Notes: a model not told the origin generated them from the letters alone. Positions 1 to 10,148 are shown, numbered from the stretch's first letter. The stretch: DNA of 64,000 nucleotides from a virus (IMGVR_UViG_3300046660_000513:12252-76251), one strand, 5' to 3'. Made by a program: numbers and translations.

Positions 1-59
1 TCCGTCGCATTCGGCGCCGGGGGCGTGCTGTGGGTGCTGGCAGTTCGGGCAGAGGTCTT

Positions 60-503
60 TCATGCCGGGTCTCCTCCGGAGTCAGCGCGGACGGCGTCGA
101 TGATGATCTTCCGCATTTTCGGTGTCATCTTGGGGTGGAAGGCGAAGAGGATCCGTACGCCGATTTCCCCGTTCTCGGTGGGGATGTCAACGGTGTCGGC
201 ATGGGGTTCCAGACCGTCGGCTCCGAGGTTGACGGCCCAGTCGGATACGTCGGCTGCCCTCGTGAGTAGGGTGTCGATGCTGCGCTGCGCCGCCTCGAAG
301 TCTTCTTGGGGGAGATGGCTCCAAGCACGGCTCATCTCCAGCGGTTCGCCGGTCTCCGGCTCCAAGTCGACGACTGTGGAAGGGATCGGCGTACCGTCCA
401 TCTGCTCTCCGATGCCCATGAAGTCCGGGTCTTCCGTGAGCGTGATGTGCTGCCGGGCGGCTTCGGCGCGGAGGTCGGCGTCGGTGTACGGCTGTTCAGT
501 CAT
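60..503 (-). CDS. hypothetical protein
   Basis: ORF with AGGAG RBS, in leftward gene run. Confidence 0.7.
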   Translation of the reverse strand: MTEQPYTDADLRAEAARQHITLTEDPDFMGIGEQMDGTPIPSTVVDLEPETGEPLEMSRAWSHLPQEDFEAAQRSIDTLLTRAADVSDWAVNLGADGLEPHADTVDIPTENGEIGVRILFAFHPKMTPKMRKIIIDAVRADSGGDPA

Positions 504-579
504 CGTTTATCTCCTGGTGGTATGAGGACGGCCGTCCCGCCACTGGACGAGACGGCCGTTTTGCCGGGTGCGGTGGGTG

Positions 580-1044
580 TCAGAGGGACCCTGCGATCAG
601 GTCCAGAGCGCTGTTCGCTGCCGCCCGCCGTTCGGTGGGGGTCATAGGCACGATGACCCCCAGCATTTTTGCGGCGGTGAGGTCTTCGGTGTCCTGGTTG
701 ACTCCGGCGTTGGCGATTTTCCGGAATTCTTGCGAGGCGAACCCTGGGGTGTCGGGGTTCAGCAGTGACGACGGGAGCCCGCCACCTGTTACCTCGGCCA
801 CGGCGATGCATGCCACGCTCACCATCCGGGCTGTGGTTACGGGGTCTTCTGCCAGAAGGGTCAGCAGCGGGTCTTGACAGGTGGTGCATCCGTCGAGGGC
901 GGCCCCGATGAGGTCCGCGAGGAGTCCGCCGTTTACCGGCAGTCCTCCGAAGTCGTTGGTGTCGTGGTCGAATCCGGTGCTGTGGTCGTGCGTGACGGGT
1001 TCGGGGCGTTCCCGGCGGGGCTTGCTCGGCTTCTGCCGTCCCAT
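580..1044 (-). CDS. hypothetical protein (basic N-terminus, CxxC)
   Basis: ORF with GGAG RBS. Confidence 0.7.
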   Translation of the reverse strand: MGRQKPSKPRRERPEPVTHDHSTGFDHDTNDFGGLPVNGGLLADLIGAALDGCTTCQDPLLTLLAEDPVTTARMVSVACIAVAEVTGGGLPSSLLNPDTPGFASQEFRKIANAGVNQDTEDLTAAKMLGVIVPMTPTERRAAANSALDLIAGSL

Positions 1045-1152
1045 GGGTTTCTCCAGGTTTCTGGGGGTTGTTGGGGCGGTCTGAGGCTATCGGGCGGGTC
1101 TGACACGCCCCGAACCCGCCGCGTGCTGCGACGGGTTCGGTGTGGGGGAGGG

Positions 1153-1491
1153 TCAGCGTGCGTTTTGGTAGCGCGCGGCGTCCTGCTGCATGCCCTGCCA
1201 GACAACTTCGAACATCTGGGCGAGGATCATTTCCCGGGCGCCGAGGTTGCGCTTGTTCTGCGTGTTCGCCTGCACGAAATGCAGCTTGGCGGCGCGCTTC
1301 CGGCGGAGTATGGCGTTGGCGATGGCTTCGTCGGTGGCGTTGCGGAGGCGCCAGTTGCCGATGGTCTGGAGAACGATCCGGAATCCCCAGTTGAAGAGGC
1401 GTTCCGAGTCGGCGGCGGTCATTACGCCCTGTTCGACCTTTTCGGCGAGCATGTTGCGGGCAGCGGTTTCGGTGTTGGCGATGACACGCAT
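1153..1491 (-). CDS. hypothetical protein
   Basis: ORF just downstream of promoter motif at 1521. Confidence 0.7.
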   Translation of the reverse strand: MRVIANTETAARNMLAEKVEQGVMTAADSERLFNWGFRIVLQTIGNWRLRNATDEAIANAILRRKRAAKLHFVQANTQNKRNLGAREMILAQMFEVVWQGMQQDAARYQNAR

Positions 1492-1626
1492 GACGATCCC
1501 CTCGGGTGGTCGAGCTGATGTATCTACTCTAGCAGCTACGGGTTCGCTTGCCTAGCATCATGCAGCCTTTGATGCAGGGATAGCAAACGGGGGCACAGCC
1601 GAAGCCGTACCCCCGTCTCTCGCCGG

Positions 1627-1902
1627 TCACTCCGGCAACAGTCCCAACTCCCGGCACACCCGCACCGCTACCTCTGCGATGGCCGTCGTGGAACCGTCCA
1701 GATGCACCACGCCGTTGCTGGTAGCAGTCCAACGGATGTCGTGGGCATCCCAGCACTCTTGTTCGGTCATCTCACAGTCGATGCCGTTGCACTCGTACGC
1801 CTCAGCCGTCAGGTTCTGTACCAGCCGCTCCCTGAACGCCTCTACAGACACCGGCCGCATCTCCTCGGGCGTAGGCCCGTGGCGCTCCCCGAACCATCCC
1901 AT
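1627..1902 (-). CDS. hypothetical protein
   Basis: ORF; start refined to ATG 1902. Confidence 0.55.
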   Translation of the reverse strand: MGWFGERHGPTPEEMRPVSVEAFRERLVQNLTAEAYECNGIDCEMTEQECWDAHDIRWTATSNGVVHLDGSTTAIAEVAVRVCRELGLLPE

Positions 1903-2047
1903 CAGTCCCACCCTTCCTCGCTGCGCTGCATCCGGGACGTGGACTCCGGCCGCTCCCATAGCTGTTGGTCCAGCTCCCACAACTCCCGCCAGCCCTCCTG
2001 TTCGTTCCAGTCGGGTATCTCCGGGTCCTCATCCGGGTGTCTGCGCC

Positions 2048-2473
2048 TCACTGCTGCTCACTCCCACGCTTGACAACGAACATTCCGCCGCCGATGTTGA
2101 CGACCGTGTCCCCGGGGTGGGCGTACACCACACCACCCCGTGGGCCCCAGCCGACCAGCTCGTACGCTCCGCCAGCACGCCAGCCGCCAACCCATGCGGC
2201 GATCTCGTCCGCGTTGTCCCGGGTCAGCGTGCGGGTGTCCGGCGGGCAGTCGTAGCCGTGCTGGCCGCAGAAGTTGTGACCGCGAGTGCACGGGTTGACG
2301 GGCTCCCGGTGCGCCGTGTCGTCGCCTGTGTGCCCCGCGACAGCTGCCCCGGCAGTGGCCTCCCGGGCACATTCCTGCGCGTACACGTCCAGGATGTCGG
2401 CGAGCTTCTCCGGGTCCATACCGAGCCGTTCGGCTGCTGCCAGTGTCGCCGGGGTGATCCGGTTCTCTTCCAT
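2048..2473 (-). CDS. hypothetical protein
   Basis: ORF with GGAGG RBS. Confidence 0.65.
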   Translation of the reverse strand: MEENRITPATLAAAERLGMDPEKLADILDVYAQECAREATAGAAVAGHTGDDTAHREPVNPCTRGHNFCGQHGYDCPPDTRTLTRDNADEIAAWVGGWRAGGAYELVGWGPRGGVVYAHPGDTVVNIGGGMFVVKRGSEQQ

Positions 2474-2524
2474 GGTTCCTCCTAGGAAAGAAGCCGCCCA
2501 CGAGCTGGACGGCTTCTTACGGGT

Positions 2525-2656
2525 TTATCCGTTCACGGCTACGGCGGCGGCCATACCTCCAAGAAAGCCGATGATGAGTAGCGCCGCGTAGAGAATCAGT
2601 GCGACAGGTATGGCGAGTGTGATCAGGATTGCGCGGCGGACGGTTCGGGCTTTCAC
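2525..2656 (-). CDS. small hydrophobic membrane protein (43 aa)
   Basis: Hand translation MKARTVRRAILITLAIPVALILYAALLIIGF...; below ORF-track cutoff. Confidence 0.55.
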   Translation of the reverse strand: MKARTVRRAILITLAIPVALILYAALLIIGFLGGMAAAVAVNG

Positions 2657-2676
2657 GGCCTCTTCTTCGGTGTCGG

Positions 2677-2778
2677 TCAGTTGTGCCAGAGGCCGATGGC
2701 GAAGCCTGTGGCGATGATCAGGGCTACGGCGCTTCCTGCGATGAGCAGGAGTAGGCAGCCGATTCCTTTGGGGATCAT
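2677..2778 (-). CDS. small hydrophobic protein (33 aa)
   Basis: Hand translation MIPKGIGCLLLLIAGSAVALIIATGF... Confidence 0.5.
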   Translation of the reverse strand: MIPKGIGCLLLLIAGSAVALIIATGFAIGLWHN

Positions 2779-2780
2779 GG

Positions 2781-2912
2781 TCAGTGTGCTCCCGGTGCGA
2801 GCTTGGCGAGGAGACGGCCCAGGCGGGCCGATCCGGCGGGGGAAAGACGCTCGAACTTGATCTTCTGCGTCTTGGGCTGCTGAGGGTTGCGATTGTACGT
2901 CTGGTTAGGCAT
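2781..2912 (-). CDS. small basic protein (43 aa)
   Basis: GGAGG RBS and promoter motif at 2934 directly upstream. Confidence 0.55.
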   Translation of the reverse strand: MPNQTYNRNPQQPKTQKIKFERLSPAGSARLGRLLAKLAPGAH

Positions 2913-2990
2913 GTGAACGCCTCCTAGGGAATGTATCTACCCTAACAGAAGAGGGACGGGAGATCTAGTAGTCTCCCGTCCCCCAGACGC

Positions 2991-3494
2991 TCAGATCGTC
3001 GTCCGTCCCGCGTACTTCCACGTCGCATCGAGAGGGATCCCACCAGGGCAGCGCCCCGGACGGTGTTGGGGGATCTCATCTCCCTTGTCCGAGTAGCCGT
3101 AGCGCGTGAACGGGCACTTGAGGCGGTCGCACTTGCCCTCGGCCGTGAACACGTACCAGGTATCACCCTGGTGAGCGACGACGTCCGAGAGGCTGCTCCC
3201 TGTGGACCACGGATACCAGGCGCCCCAAGACACGTACACCAGCACCGACTTACCGTCTACGTCCAGGCGCCACCTGTACAGGCTCGGGGAGATGCCCGGG
3301 TTACCGGGGTTGTCCCCCTCGCCTGCCGGAACTGCCTCCGCCATGCTGAATGTGCGGGCGTCCGTTCCTACCAGGGACTGGGGGACGTACACCTTCCAGG
3401 TCTCCGCGCGGCGCTCGTCGTACCAGTAGGGGCGTCGTAGCCTGATCTGGGTACCGGCCTTACGGGTCTTGCACAGTGGCTTGTTCCGCTTCAT
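2991..3494 (-). CDS. hypothetical protein
   Basis: ORF downstream of promoter motif at 3513. Confidence 0.65.
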   Translation of the reverse strand: MKRNKPLCKTRKAGTQIRLRRPYWYDERRAETWKVYVPQSLVGTDARTFSMAEAVPAGEGDNPGNPGISPSLYRWRLDVDGKSVLVYVSWGAWYPWSTGSSLSDVVAHQGDTWYVFTAEGKCDRLKCPFTRYGYSDKGDEIPQHRPGRCPGGIPLDATWKYAGRTTI

Positions 3495-3574
3495 CGTTTA
3501 CCCCCTTTGATATATCTACCCTAGCACACGGAAGGGGCGGAAGGCCAGTAGCCCCCGCCCCTTCCGTGCAACGC

Positions 3575-4507
3575 TTACGCGCTCGCCAGCTCCGCCGTCT
3601 CCAGCTCCGGCGACTCGATGGCCTTTACGTACGTCCGGAACATGGAGAGAACCTGCTTACCGACCTGCTGTACGGCCTTCATGACGTCCTCAGGGTCCTT
3701 GCCCGCCCAGGTGGCGATGTAAGGGGCGGAATAAGAGGCCGTCTCCAGTCCGTAGTACTGAGAGACCATGTAGGCGAAACTCTCGGCCACAGTCTCCGCG
3801 ATACCCCGGTGCTCCCGGTACTCCGCCAGGTCCGAGACGTGGTCCGCCAGAATGTGACCGAGTTCGTGAACCAAGGTCTTGGTCTGCTGTGCAGGTGACA
3901 CCCTGTCGCTCACACGCACGACCATCGCCTTGGGGTCGGTGTAGCCGTTCGCGCTGCCCGTGTTGCCGTGCTCGATGGTGTAACCGAGCTTCTCGATCTG
4001 TCCGGCGACGTCGTCCCACATTTCGGCAGGGGCCTCGCCCTGAAGGTGCTTGACAACCTTGGGACGGCTGACCGTGGGCGTGATGAAGTAGGTGGCCGCG
4101 CCCTCGTGCTGCCAAATCGGCTCCGTTTGTGAGACATCGAACTCGGCCTGGAGGCGGAAGCCGACGATCTTTGTTTTGTCTGGATTGCGCTCGTCCTTGG
4201 CCGTGATGGGGGAGGAGACGCGCAGGGACTTGGTGCCCTTCATGGGGAATCTGCCGCGAGCCGCCCAGGCTTTCGAGGTGATCACGGCCGTTGCGTCCGG
4301 GCACTGCGAAAGGATCCAGAGCATGTTGTTGAAGGAGAACCGCGACAGCTCGGTCCCGTTCTTCTCCGTCATGGCCTTGAGGAGCTTGGGCCAGGCGTCG
4401 GAGGTGACGAGTTCCTGCACGGTGTCGGCGAGCTTCTCGTGCAGCTCGTTAGCGAGCTGCTTGGTCTTGCTGGGGGACTTGCTCGCGTAGCGCTTGGCGT
4501 AGGCCAT
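3575..4507 (-). CDS. ArdC-like ssDNA-binding / metallopeptidase (antirestriction-type) protein
   Basis: FSFNNMLWILSQCPDAT...W..RGR..KG ArdC-N-like motif plus HELGH zincin motif. Confidence 0.75.
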   Translation of the reverse strand: MAYAKRYASKSPSKTKQLANELHEKLADTVQELVTSDAWPKLLKAMTEKNGTELSRFSFNNMLWILSQCPDATAVITSKAWAARGRFPMKGTKSLRVSSPITAKDERNPDKTKIVGFRLQAEFDVSQTEPIWQHEGAATYFITPTVSRPKVVKHLQGEAPAEMWDDVAGQIEKLGYTIEHGNTGSANGYTDPKAMVVRVSDRVSPAQQTKTLVHELGHILADHVSDLAEYREHRGIAETVAESFAYMVSQYYGLETASYSAPYIATWAGKDPEDVMKAVQQVGKQVLSMFRTYVKAIESPELETAELASA

Positions 4508-4676
4508 CAGGATCTCCTCGGTTCGGTGTTCCGTCTTGATATATCTACACTAGCACACTACTAGGGTAGATGCGCAAGAGGGATTCACAGCCAAACCGGG
4601 AAGGGACACACCCTCGGTGTGCGAATCGGCTAGAGTTCACACATCAATCCGGTGAATCCGTGGAGAGGGGACACCC

Positions 4677-5165
4677 ATGTCCGATTCTGCAACACCCGCT
4701 GTAAAACCCCGCAACAAGTGGTTTTGGCTGCGCGGGGTACCCGCTACCATCGTGGTCGGCATTCCGGCCGGTACCGGTGTCCAGTACTTCACCGGACTGC
4801 ATGACTCGACCCTGCGCGACCGTATCCAGGGCGGGGTGGCCTGGATCTTCGTATCGGTTGTCACCGGACTCACGGCCTACGCCCTGTACCGGATCAAGGT
4901 CAACATGGCGTACAACCGGCGGCCTTTCACCCCGAAGGACCGGGCGTACTGCAACGGGGCCGCGTGTACTGCACTTCTCGGGGCCGTGGCCATCGCAATC
5001 AGTCAGCTGATCTGGAAGACCCCCACAGGCCACAGCATCGGTTTGGTCGATGTGCTCTCCGCACAGGTGCTCACCTGCATCATCGTGTCCTGGGTCTTGT
5101 TCCTGCTGGCCGAGGTTCACAAGCGGGGTGCCGAGCTGTTCGACGAGCTGGAGCAGGGCGTATGA
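4677..5165 (+). CDS. DUF2975-like membrane protein
   Basis: Four hydrophobic segments, C-terminal G.EL.DELE, coupled to an HTH gene. Confidence 0.55.
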   Translation: MSDSATPAVKPRNKWFWLRGVPATIVVGIPAGTGVQYFTGLHDSTLRDRIQGGVAWIFVSVVTGLTAYALYRIKVNMAYNRRPFTPKDRAYCNGAACTALLGAVAIAISQLIWKTPTGHSIGLVDVLSAQVLTCIIVSWVLFLLAEVHKRGAELFDELEQGV

Positions 5166-5398
5166 CCGAGGCCCTGGAAGAAACAGAGTCGGGGATCACG
5201 ATCCGCCTGGACATTCTGCTGGTGCAACGGAAAATGACGTTGACTCAGCTGGCCGCAGAGGTCGGGATGCACATCAACGCCTTGTCTCGGCTGAAGAACG
5301 GGGACGTCTCGTTCATCAGAATCGAGACTCTGCGGAAGCTCTGCAAGGTGCTGGACTGCCAGCCGGGGGACCTGCTCGTCTACACCGATCACCCGTAG
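5162..5398 (+). CDS. Cro/C1-type (XRE, YozG-like) HTH regulator
   Basis: IRLDILL..RKMTLTQLA..VG....LSRLKNG...TLRKLCKVLDCQPGDLL. Confidence 0.85.
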   Translation: MTEALEETESGITIRLDILLVQRKMTLTQLAAEVGMHINALSRLKNGDVSFIRIETLRKLCKVLDCQPGDLLVYTDHP

Positions 5399-5409
5399 CT
5401 CAGACAGCA

Positions 5410-5448
5410 AAAACGGCCGGTACGGGAGAGATCCCGTACCGGCCGTTT
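5410..5448. terminator. bidirectional intrinsic terminator
   Basis: AAACGGCCGGTACGGGA-GAGA-TCCCGTACCGGCCGTTT hairpin between convergent genes. Confidence 0.75.
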
Positions 5449-5456
5449 GCGTCCTG

Positions 5457-5864
5457 CTAGTCCGGCGCCTTTACCAGCGTCGGTTCGGTCCCCTTGTTCA
5501 TGGCGGCCCGCACCTTCAGGATCAGCTCTCCGATCCGGCCCTCTACCCGGGCGATGTCCTCCGCCGTGTGGGAGTAGGTGTCCTTCTTCATCTGGCCGAG
5601 CCGGTTGCCGGTGTAGTCGATGAACCCCTGAAGGGTGAGCGGCTTGAGCGGCGGGGTGAGAACGTCCCGGCTGGTCAGCATCTCAAACGGCGACGGGCAG
5701 GAACAGCCGCTGTCACTGGCGTAGAACAGCTCACCGGTGGTGATGTCCTGCCAGACGGTCGTCATATCGAACTGATAAGCGTCATCGTCCCAGGAGAGGT
5801 TTCCGATGATCTTCAGGCCGAACTTCTCCGGGCTGCTGAACAGGTCGGGATCGTTGTAACCCAT
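5457..5864 (-). CDS. hypothetical phage protein (DSGCSCPSPF motif)
   Basis: ORF with RBS. Confidence 0.7.
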   Translation of the reverse strand: MGYNDPDLFSSPEKFGLKIIGNLSWDDDAYQFDMTTVWQDITTGELFYASDSGCSCPSPFEMLTSRDVLTPPLKPLTLQGFIDYTGNRLGQMKKDTYSHTAEDIARVEGRIGELILKVRAAMNKGTEPTLVKAPD

Positions 5865-5877
5865 GGACGGCTTCCTT

Positions 5878-6087
5878 TCAGGGGCGGGCGGTGACGAAGG
5901 TTCCCAGGTGGTTGGTGTAGATCAGCCCATCACGCTTGACGAGACGGAAGGCTCGGGCGATGGATACTGTGCTGACGTTGTAGGCCCTCGCTAGCTCTGC
6001 CTGGGTGGGGAGCTGTTGGCCTGCAACATAGGTGTTGTCGGCTATGCAGCGTCGGATCTCGTTGGCGATCTCTACGTACCTTGCCAT
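5878..6087 (-). CDS. GntR-family wHTH regulator, leaderless
   Basis: YVEIA..IR..I....Y..G.QLPT..ELA..YNVS..SI.RA; ATG directly after TAGGGTAGATAC. Confidence 0.85.
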   Translation of the reverse strand: MARYVEIANEIRRCIADNTYVAGQQLPTQAELARAYNVSTVSIARAFRLVKRDGLIYTNHLGTFVTARP

Positions 6088-6174
6088 GTATCTACCCTAT
6101 CACGAGAAAGCCGCCCCAGGGATCCCCCGAGGCGGCTCCTCACATCCGGCAACTAGCCTCCGTCAGGCCACTTG

Positions 6175-7686
6175 CTATCCCCTGACATCGAACCCCCGCC
6201 GCCTGCCGAGGGCCTTGAGAGACGTCGCTCCGGGGTCTCCAGTGGCATCGCTGCCGGTGAGGTGCAGTACCTCGCGGCGGAAGCGGTTATACGCGTCGTC
6301 GGTCTTGGTACCCCAGGAGCCGTCCGCGTACTTCTTGTCGAGGAAGCCCTCCGCAACCAGGGCGTTTTCGACGATCTTGACATCAGCGGGGTACGTCTTG
6401 TGCCCGGTGGCCGCCGGAAGATCCTTCTTGCGGGCCGCGATGATGTTGGACAGGTCAACGACCGGCTTCACAGGCGGCTTCGGCTTCACCGGAGGCTTCG
6501 GAACAACCGGAGCAGACCAGCGGTACGACGCCACGGCCTTGCCGCCACGCGGGTCCTGCGGGTCAGCGGTAGGCGGGCACACGCCGTCTGCGAACTTGGG
6601 GGCGAAGTAGCCAATCACACGGGGCGAGCGGCGCGGGGTGCTGTGAGACCAAACCCCGTTGCCCTGCCCGGCGTCCGTGGATCCGGCCTTGACGGAGTTG
6701 CCACCCTTGGTGAAGACGTTGTCCGCGTCGAACCCGACGACGACCTCCGTGTGCCCGTTGCCGAAGTTGCACCAGGCTCCGATGGACGGGTACTCCGACC
6801 ACTGGCCGTGCTTCTTGGCCCAGTTGGTGAAGACGACCACGTTGTCGACCTTGGGGACGATCCCCGATAAGCCGACCTCGTTGTACATGCACCAGTCCCA
6901 GATGACGCACCAGGCGACCTTGTTCTCCCCGTACTCCTTGCCCCACGGGTTGTCGTTGTTCCAGCCGACGGCCGACTCCCACGTCTCGTAGATCTTCTCC
7001 GGGACGCTCATGACGTGGTTCAGCAGAGTCAGCCACTGCGGTACAGCCGGAGTCGGCGGAGTCGGCGGAGTCGGCGCGGCGGGGGAGGGAACCGCGAGCT
7101 TTGCCCACGCGGTGGCATCACCGTTGAACAGGTTCCGGTCGAGGCCTCCGCTGATCGCGTACTGGTGGATCACCCACGTCTTCCAGCCTGCGATGCTGGG
7201 CTTCCCCGCAGCATGGTTGGGGTCGGCGATCCACAGCGGGTAGGACCGTAGCGTCTCCGCGTCCGTCTTGGAGGCCGCCGCAAGCAGGGCGTTGAGGTAG
7301 CTGGTGTAGGAGTACACCAGGGCCTTGACGCCGGTCTTCGCCTTGATCCGGGCGAGGAACTTGAGCGCGTAGGACATCCGCTGGGCCTGGGTGCCTTCGG
7401 ACGCCTCTAAGTCGAGGGCTAACAGGTCACCGGGCTTGGCCTTGGCCTTGGACAGGAAGAAGTCGGCTTCCTTGACCGGGTCCTGTGTGGGGTGGCCGAA
7501 GTGGTAGTGACCGACCTTCTTTCCTGCGGTGCGGGCGATGGTCACGAATGCATCGTGGTCGGCATCCGCTGTGTGCTCCCCTTCGGAAGCCTTGGCGATG
7601 ACGAAGGCGGCGGTTACGGCTGCGAGGGCAGCGGAGACCGTGGGTATTCCGTTGTTGTTCGAGACGTCGATACCAGATAGAGACAT
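6175..7686 (-). CDS. endolysin: GH25 muramidase + CHAP-like domain + peptidoglycan-binding domain
   Basis: GIDVS, IAKASEG, ALDLE, LDRN (GH25); AWC...GHT (CHAP-like); ADGSWG.KT (PG-binding); start refined to 7686. Confidence 0.85.
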   Translation of the reverse strand: MSLSGIDVSNNNGIPTVSAALAAVTAAFVIAKASEGEHTADADHDAFVTIARTAGKKVGHYHFGHPTQDPVKEADFFLSKAKAKPGDLLALDLEASEGTQAQRMSYALKFLARIKAKTGVKALVYSYTSYLNALLAAASKTDAETLRSYPLWIADPNHAAGKPSIAGWKTWVIHQYAISGGLDRNLFNGDATAWAKLAVPSPAAPTPPTPPTPAVPQWLTLLNHVMSVPEKIYETWESAVGWNNDNPWGKEYGENKVAWCVIWDWCMYNEVGLSGIVPKVDNVVVFTNWAKKHGQWSEYPSIGAWCNFGNGHTEVVVGFDADNVFTKGGNSVKAGSTDAGQGNGVWSHSTPRRSPRVIGYFAPKFADGVCPPTADPQDPRGGKAVASYRWSAPVVPKPPVKPKPPVKPVVDLSNIIAARKKDLPAATGHKTYPADVKIVENALVAEGFLDKKYADGSWGTKTDDAYNRFRREVLHLTGSDATGDPGATSLKALGRRRGFDVRG

Positions 7687-7808
7687 GGAAATGTCCTTTC
7701 GCGCGAATTGGACAAGTGCCAGTCTCTCACGATGGAAATGGCCTATGGAATTAGGATTGGGCATGAAAAAGGGGCCGACCTGTAGTAGGTCGGCCCCTTG
7801 TTCTAGTG

Positions 7809-8198
7809 CTACATCTCAGGCCAGACGATCTTCGGCTCGATGCGGCAGGCCTCTCCGTTTTTCACGTACACCCGCCAGATGTCGGTATTTTCCTCACCCT
7901 CGCACTCCAGGTATCCGACGAAGTCATGTCCCGGGGCGGAATTGACGACGTTCTGAACGTGATCGATCAGGTTGTCGGCCCGGTACTCGTCGATCTCTCG
8001 CATGACCAAGGCAGTTGCCTTACGACGAAAAAGGGGGCCTTCCTCGGTATCGACGGTTTCCTCTTCGATTCGCAAGATCACATCGGGGTCATATCTGCTG
8101 GTGACGTTGTGCGGGGCGTACTTGCTGTCCCTGATTTTGTTCCAGGGGAGCGGCGGCACGATGGTGAACTCGCCGGTCACGTGTGTGCGGTAACCCAT
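7809..8198 (-). CDS. hypothetical phage protein
   Basis: ORF with AGGAGG RBS. Confidence 0.7.
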   Translation of the reverse strand: MGYRTHVTGEFTIVPPLPWNKIRDSKYAPHNVTSRYDPDVILRIEEETVDTEEGPLFRRKATALVMREIDEYRADNLIDHVQNVVNSAPGHDFVGYLECEGEENTDIWRVYVKNGEACRIEPKIVWPEM

Positions 8199-8219
8199 GG
8201 GGCCCTCCTTATCGCCTTT

Positions 8220-8516
8220 TTAGCGGGATTCGTTGCGCCGGAGCAGAACGGATTGCGGAACGGTGTAGGTGCCGATCCAGTGCATTACTTCTGTCGCGGA
8301 TTGCAGGGTGTCCAGGTGCAGGGTGATCCGGTTAGCATCCCATTCCGCGATCTCCTGGAAGGTTTCCGGGAGGAGGCCCCAGAGTTCGATGAGATACGCG
8401 ATGAGGCGGCTGCATTCGTCCTGGGGGAAAGCCAGTTCCGGGTCGGTCTTCTCCTGTACGGCCAGGTCATCGAAGTGGATGGTGAGGGCCCAGCAGTCGG
8501 GTTCGGGTTGGGTCAT
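8220..8516 (-). CDS. hypothetical protein
   Basis: ORF downstream of motif at 8564. Confidence 0.6.
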   Translation of the reverse strand: MTQPEPDCWALTIHFDDLAVQEKTDPELAFPQDECSRLIAYLIELWGLLPETFQEIAEWDANRITLHLDTLQSATEVMHWIGTYTVPQSVLLRRNESR

Positions 8517-8578
8517 GAGGGGCTCCTACGGGTGAGGGTAGATAAGCCATCGTCGTGACGACTTATCTACCCTATCAG

Positions 8579-8965
8579 CTAGTCGGCGATTTTTCCGTGA
8601 AACGTCATCCCCTTGACCCGCTCGTACCGGTCATCGGCGAACGGCAGATACGGGACGTACAAACCCGTGCGCTTGATCCTCTGCGCAAACGCCGCATCCG
8701 TGCTCTCCGGGTACACCCGCTTGTCCGGGATCAAATCCGGCACAAACGCCTTCTCCTGAGCAGCGTGCCTGATGGGAGAGTGGTCCAGCGTGCTGGCGTA
8801 CACGTAACGGTGGATCAGACCGTCCTTCAGGTACACGTGCCAGGACTCCCGGTCGCAGGTGTACCCGTACAACAGAGTCCGGTCGGGCCCCAGGAAGCTG
8901 TGAGCCCAGATCACACGGTCATCCGGCGGCGTCTGGTGCAGCTGCTTGAACTGTTCGCGATTCAC
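8579..8965 (-). CDS. hypothetical phage protein (DRTLLYGYT motif)
   Basis: Overlapping start/stop with upstream gene. Confidence 0.65.
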   Translation of the reverse strand: MNREQFKQLHQTPPDDRVIWAHSFLGPDRTLLYGYTCDRESWHVYLKDGLIHRYVYASTLDHSPIRHAAQEKAFVPDLIPDKRVYPESTDAAFAQRIKRTGLYVPYLPFADDRYERVKGMTFHGKIAD

Positions 8966-9179
8966 TTCGTCCCCTCCGCCAGGTCCCACAGGCGCCGCAC
9001 AGACTCCTCCGCGCGCTTCACGCACTGCTCTTTTTCGACGTACACGTGCCCTCCGGGGCGCGTGTACGTGTTCTTGATCGTGTGGACGTGCACGCCCAGG
9101 AAGTAGACCTGGATATCCTCGTCCTCGCCGGTACGGTCCGGCACCTCACGAAACTCGATGTACGGGTTACTTTCCATGA

Positions 9180-9896
9180 TCACGCCACCTTCTTGATGTG
9201 AGTGAAGATCACGGTCCCGGCAGCGTGGCGGTCAAAGCCCTTCTCGCCCCCGTGATAGGTGAACTCGTAGACACCGGCCGGGATCCGCACGATCTCAGCG
9301 TCCTCATCGAGGTTCTTGACGTCGCCGCCGCGAGCCACCCAGTCCCCGAAGTCAGCGATCGAGTAGGACCATACGGCGCCGTCCACGCCCGCCAGCCGAG
9401 TCCAGCCCTCAGGGGTGCGAGGACCGTCCAGCTCCTCATCCCAGCCGCAGTTCGCGAGGACATACTCACCGTCGCCGGTCTGGAAGAGGTCCGGCCAGGC
9501 GTCCCCGACGAAGCCGAACGCGCAACCCTGCTTGGCGAACTCTTCGACGACCTGTGCCACCCCGAGGTTGCTGGTGTAGTCGGCGAAGCCCTCGCGGCCG
9601 TAGCCGTCGTAGACGGGCCGCAAGTCGTCGTTGATGACGAGCTTTCCGGAGGGCACGTTCAGCCGGATCGTGGTGGTGATGCCGTCGGAGTACTTGCACG
9701 GGTTGTCCACGTGGACGGCATCGTCAGTGATCGTGTAGTGCACGTAGTCGCCGCAGTAGGCGCAGCTGAACAGGTGGCTTACGAGCATGGGGGTGTCTGG
9801 ATTGTCGCCGCCGGTCGGGATCATGGCGACCTTTACGGTGTCTTCGCGAAGAAGTCGGTGGCCGTTGGCCTTGAGGGGGAGAGTTCGAATCGTCAT
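9180..9896 (-). CDS. hypothetical phage protein, leaderless
   Basis: ATG directly after GCTAGGGTAGATAC. Confidence 0.75.
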   Translation of the reverse strand: MTIRTLPLKANGHRLLREDTVKVAMIPTGGDNPDTPMLVSHLFSCAYCGDYVHYTITDDAVHVDNPCKYSDGITTTIRLNVPSGKLVINDDLRPVYDGYGREGFADYTSNLGVAQVVEEFAKQGCAFGFVGDAWPDLFQTGDGEYVLANCGWDEELDGPRTPEGWTRLAGVDGAVWSYSIADFGDWVARGGDVKNLDEDAEIVRIPAGVYEFTYHGGEKGFDRHAAGTVIFTHIKKVA

Positions 9897-10148
9897 GTAT
9901 CTACCCTAGCATATTGACGGCCAAAAGGAAACGGCCCGCCCCTGTTAGGACGAGCCGCCGTAACCGAGGCCGCTACGCGGGAACAGGCTTGCCCTGGGAC
10001 GGGCCAGGCGTCGGCTCCGGTACCTCAGAACAGCCCGAAGCCCCCACGCCCTACGGGGGGTTAAGGGCATGGGGGCTTCGGGAAAGGGCTGGTGAGCGGG
10101 GAGACCTCCCCAGGTTCCCTCTGCACCAGCCGGGCGCTATCTACCGTA

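Noticed and set aside
7054-7080. Tandem CGGAGTCGG repeats
   Set aside because: Encode the PTPPTPPTP linker of the endolysin.
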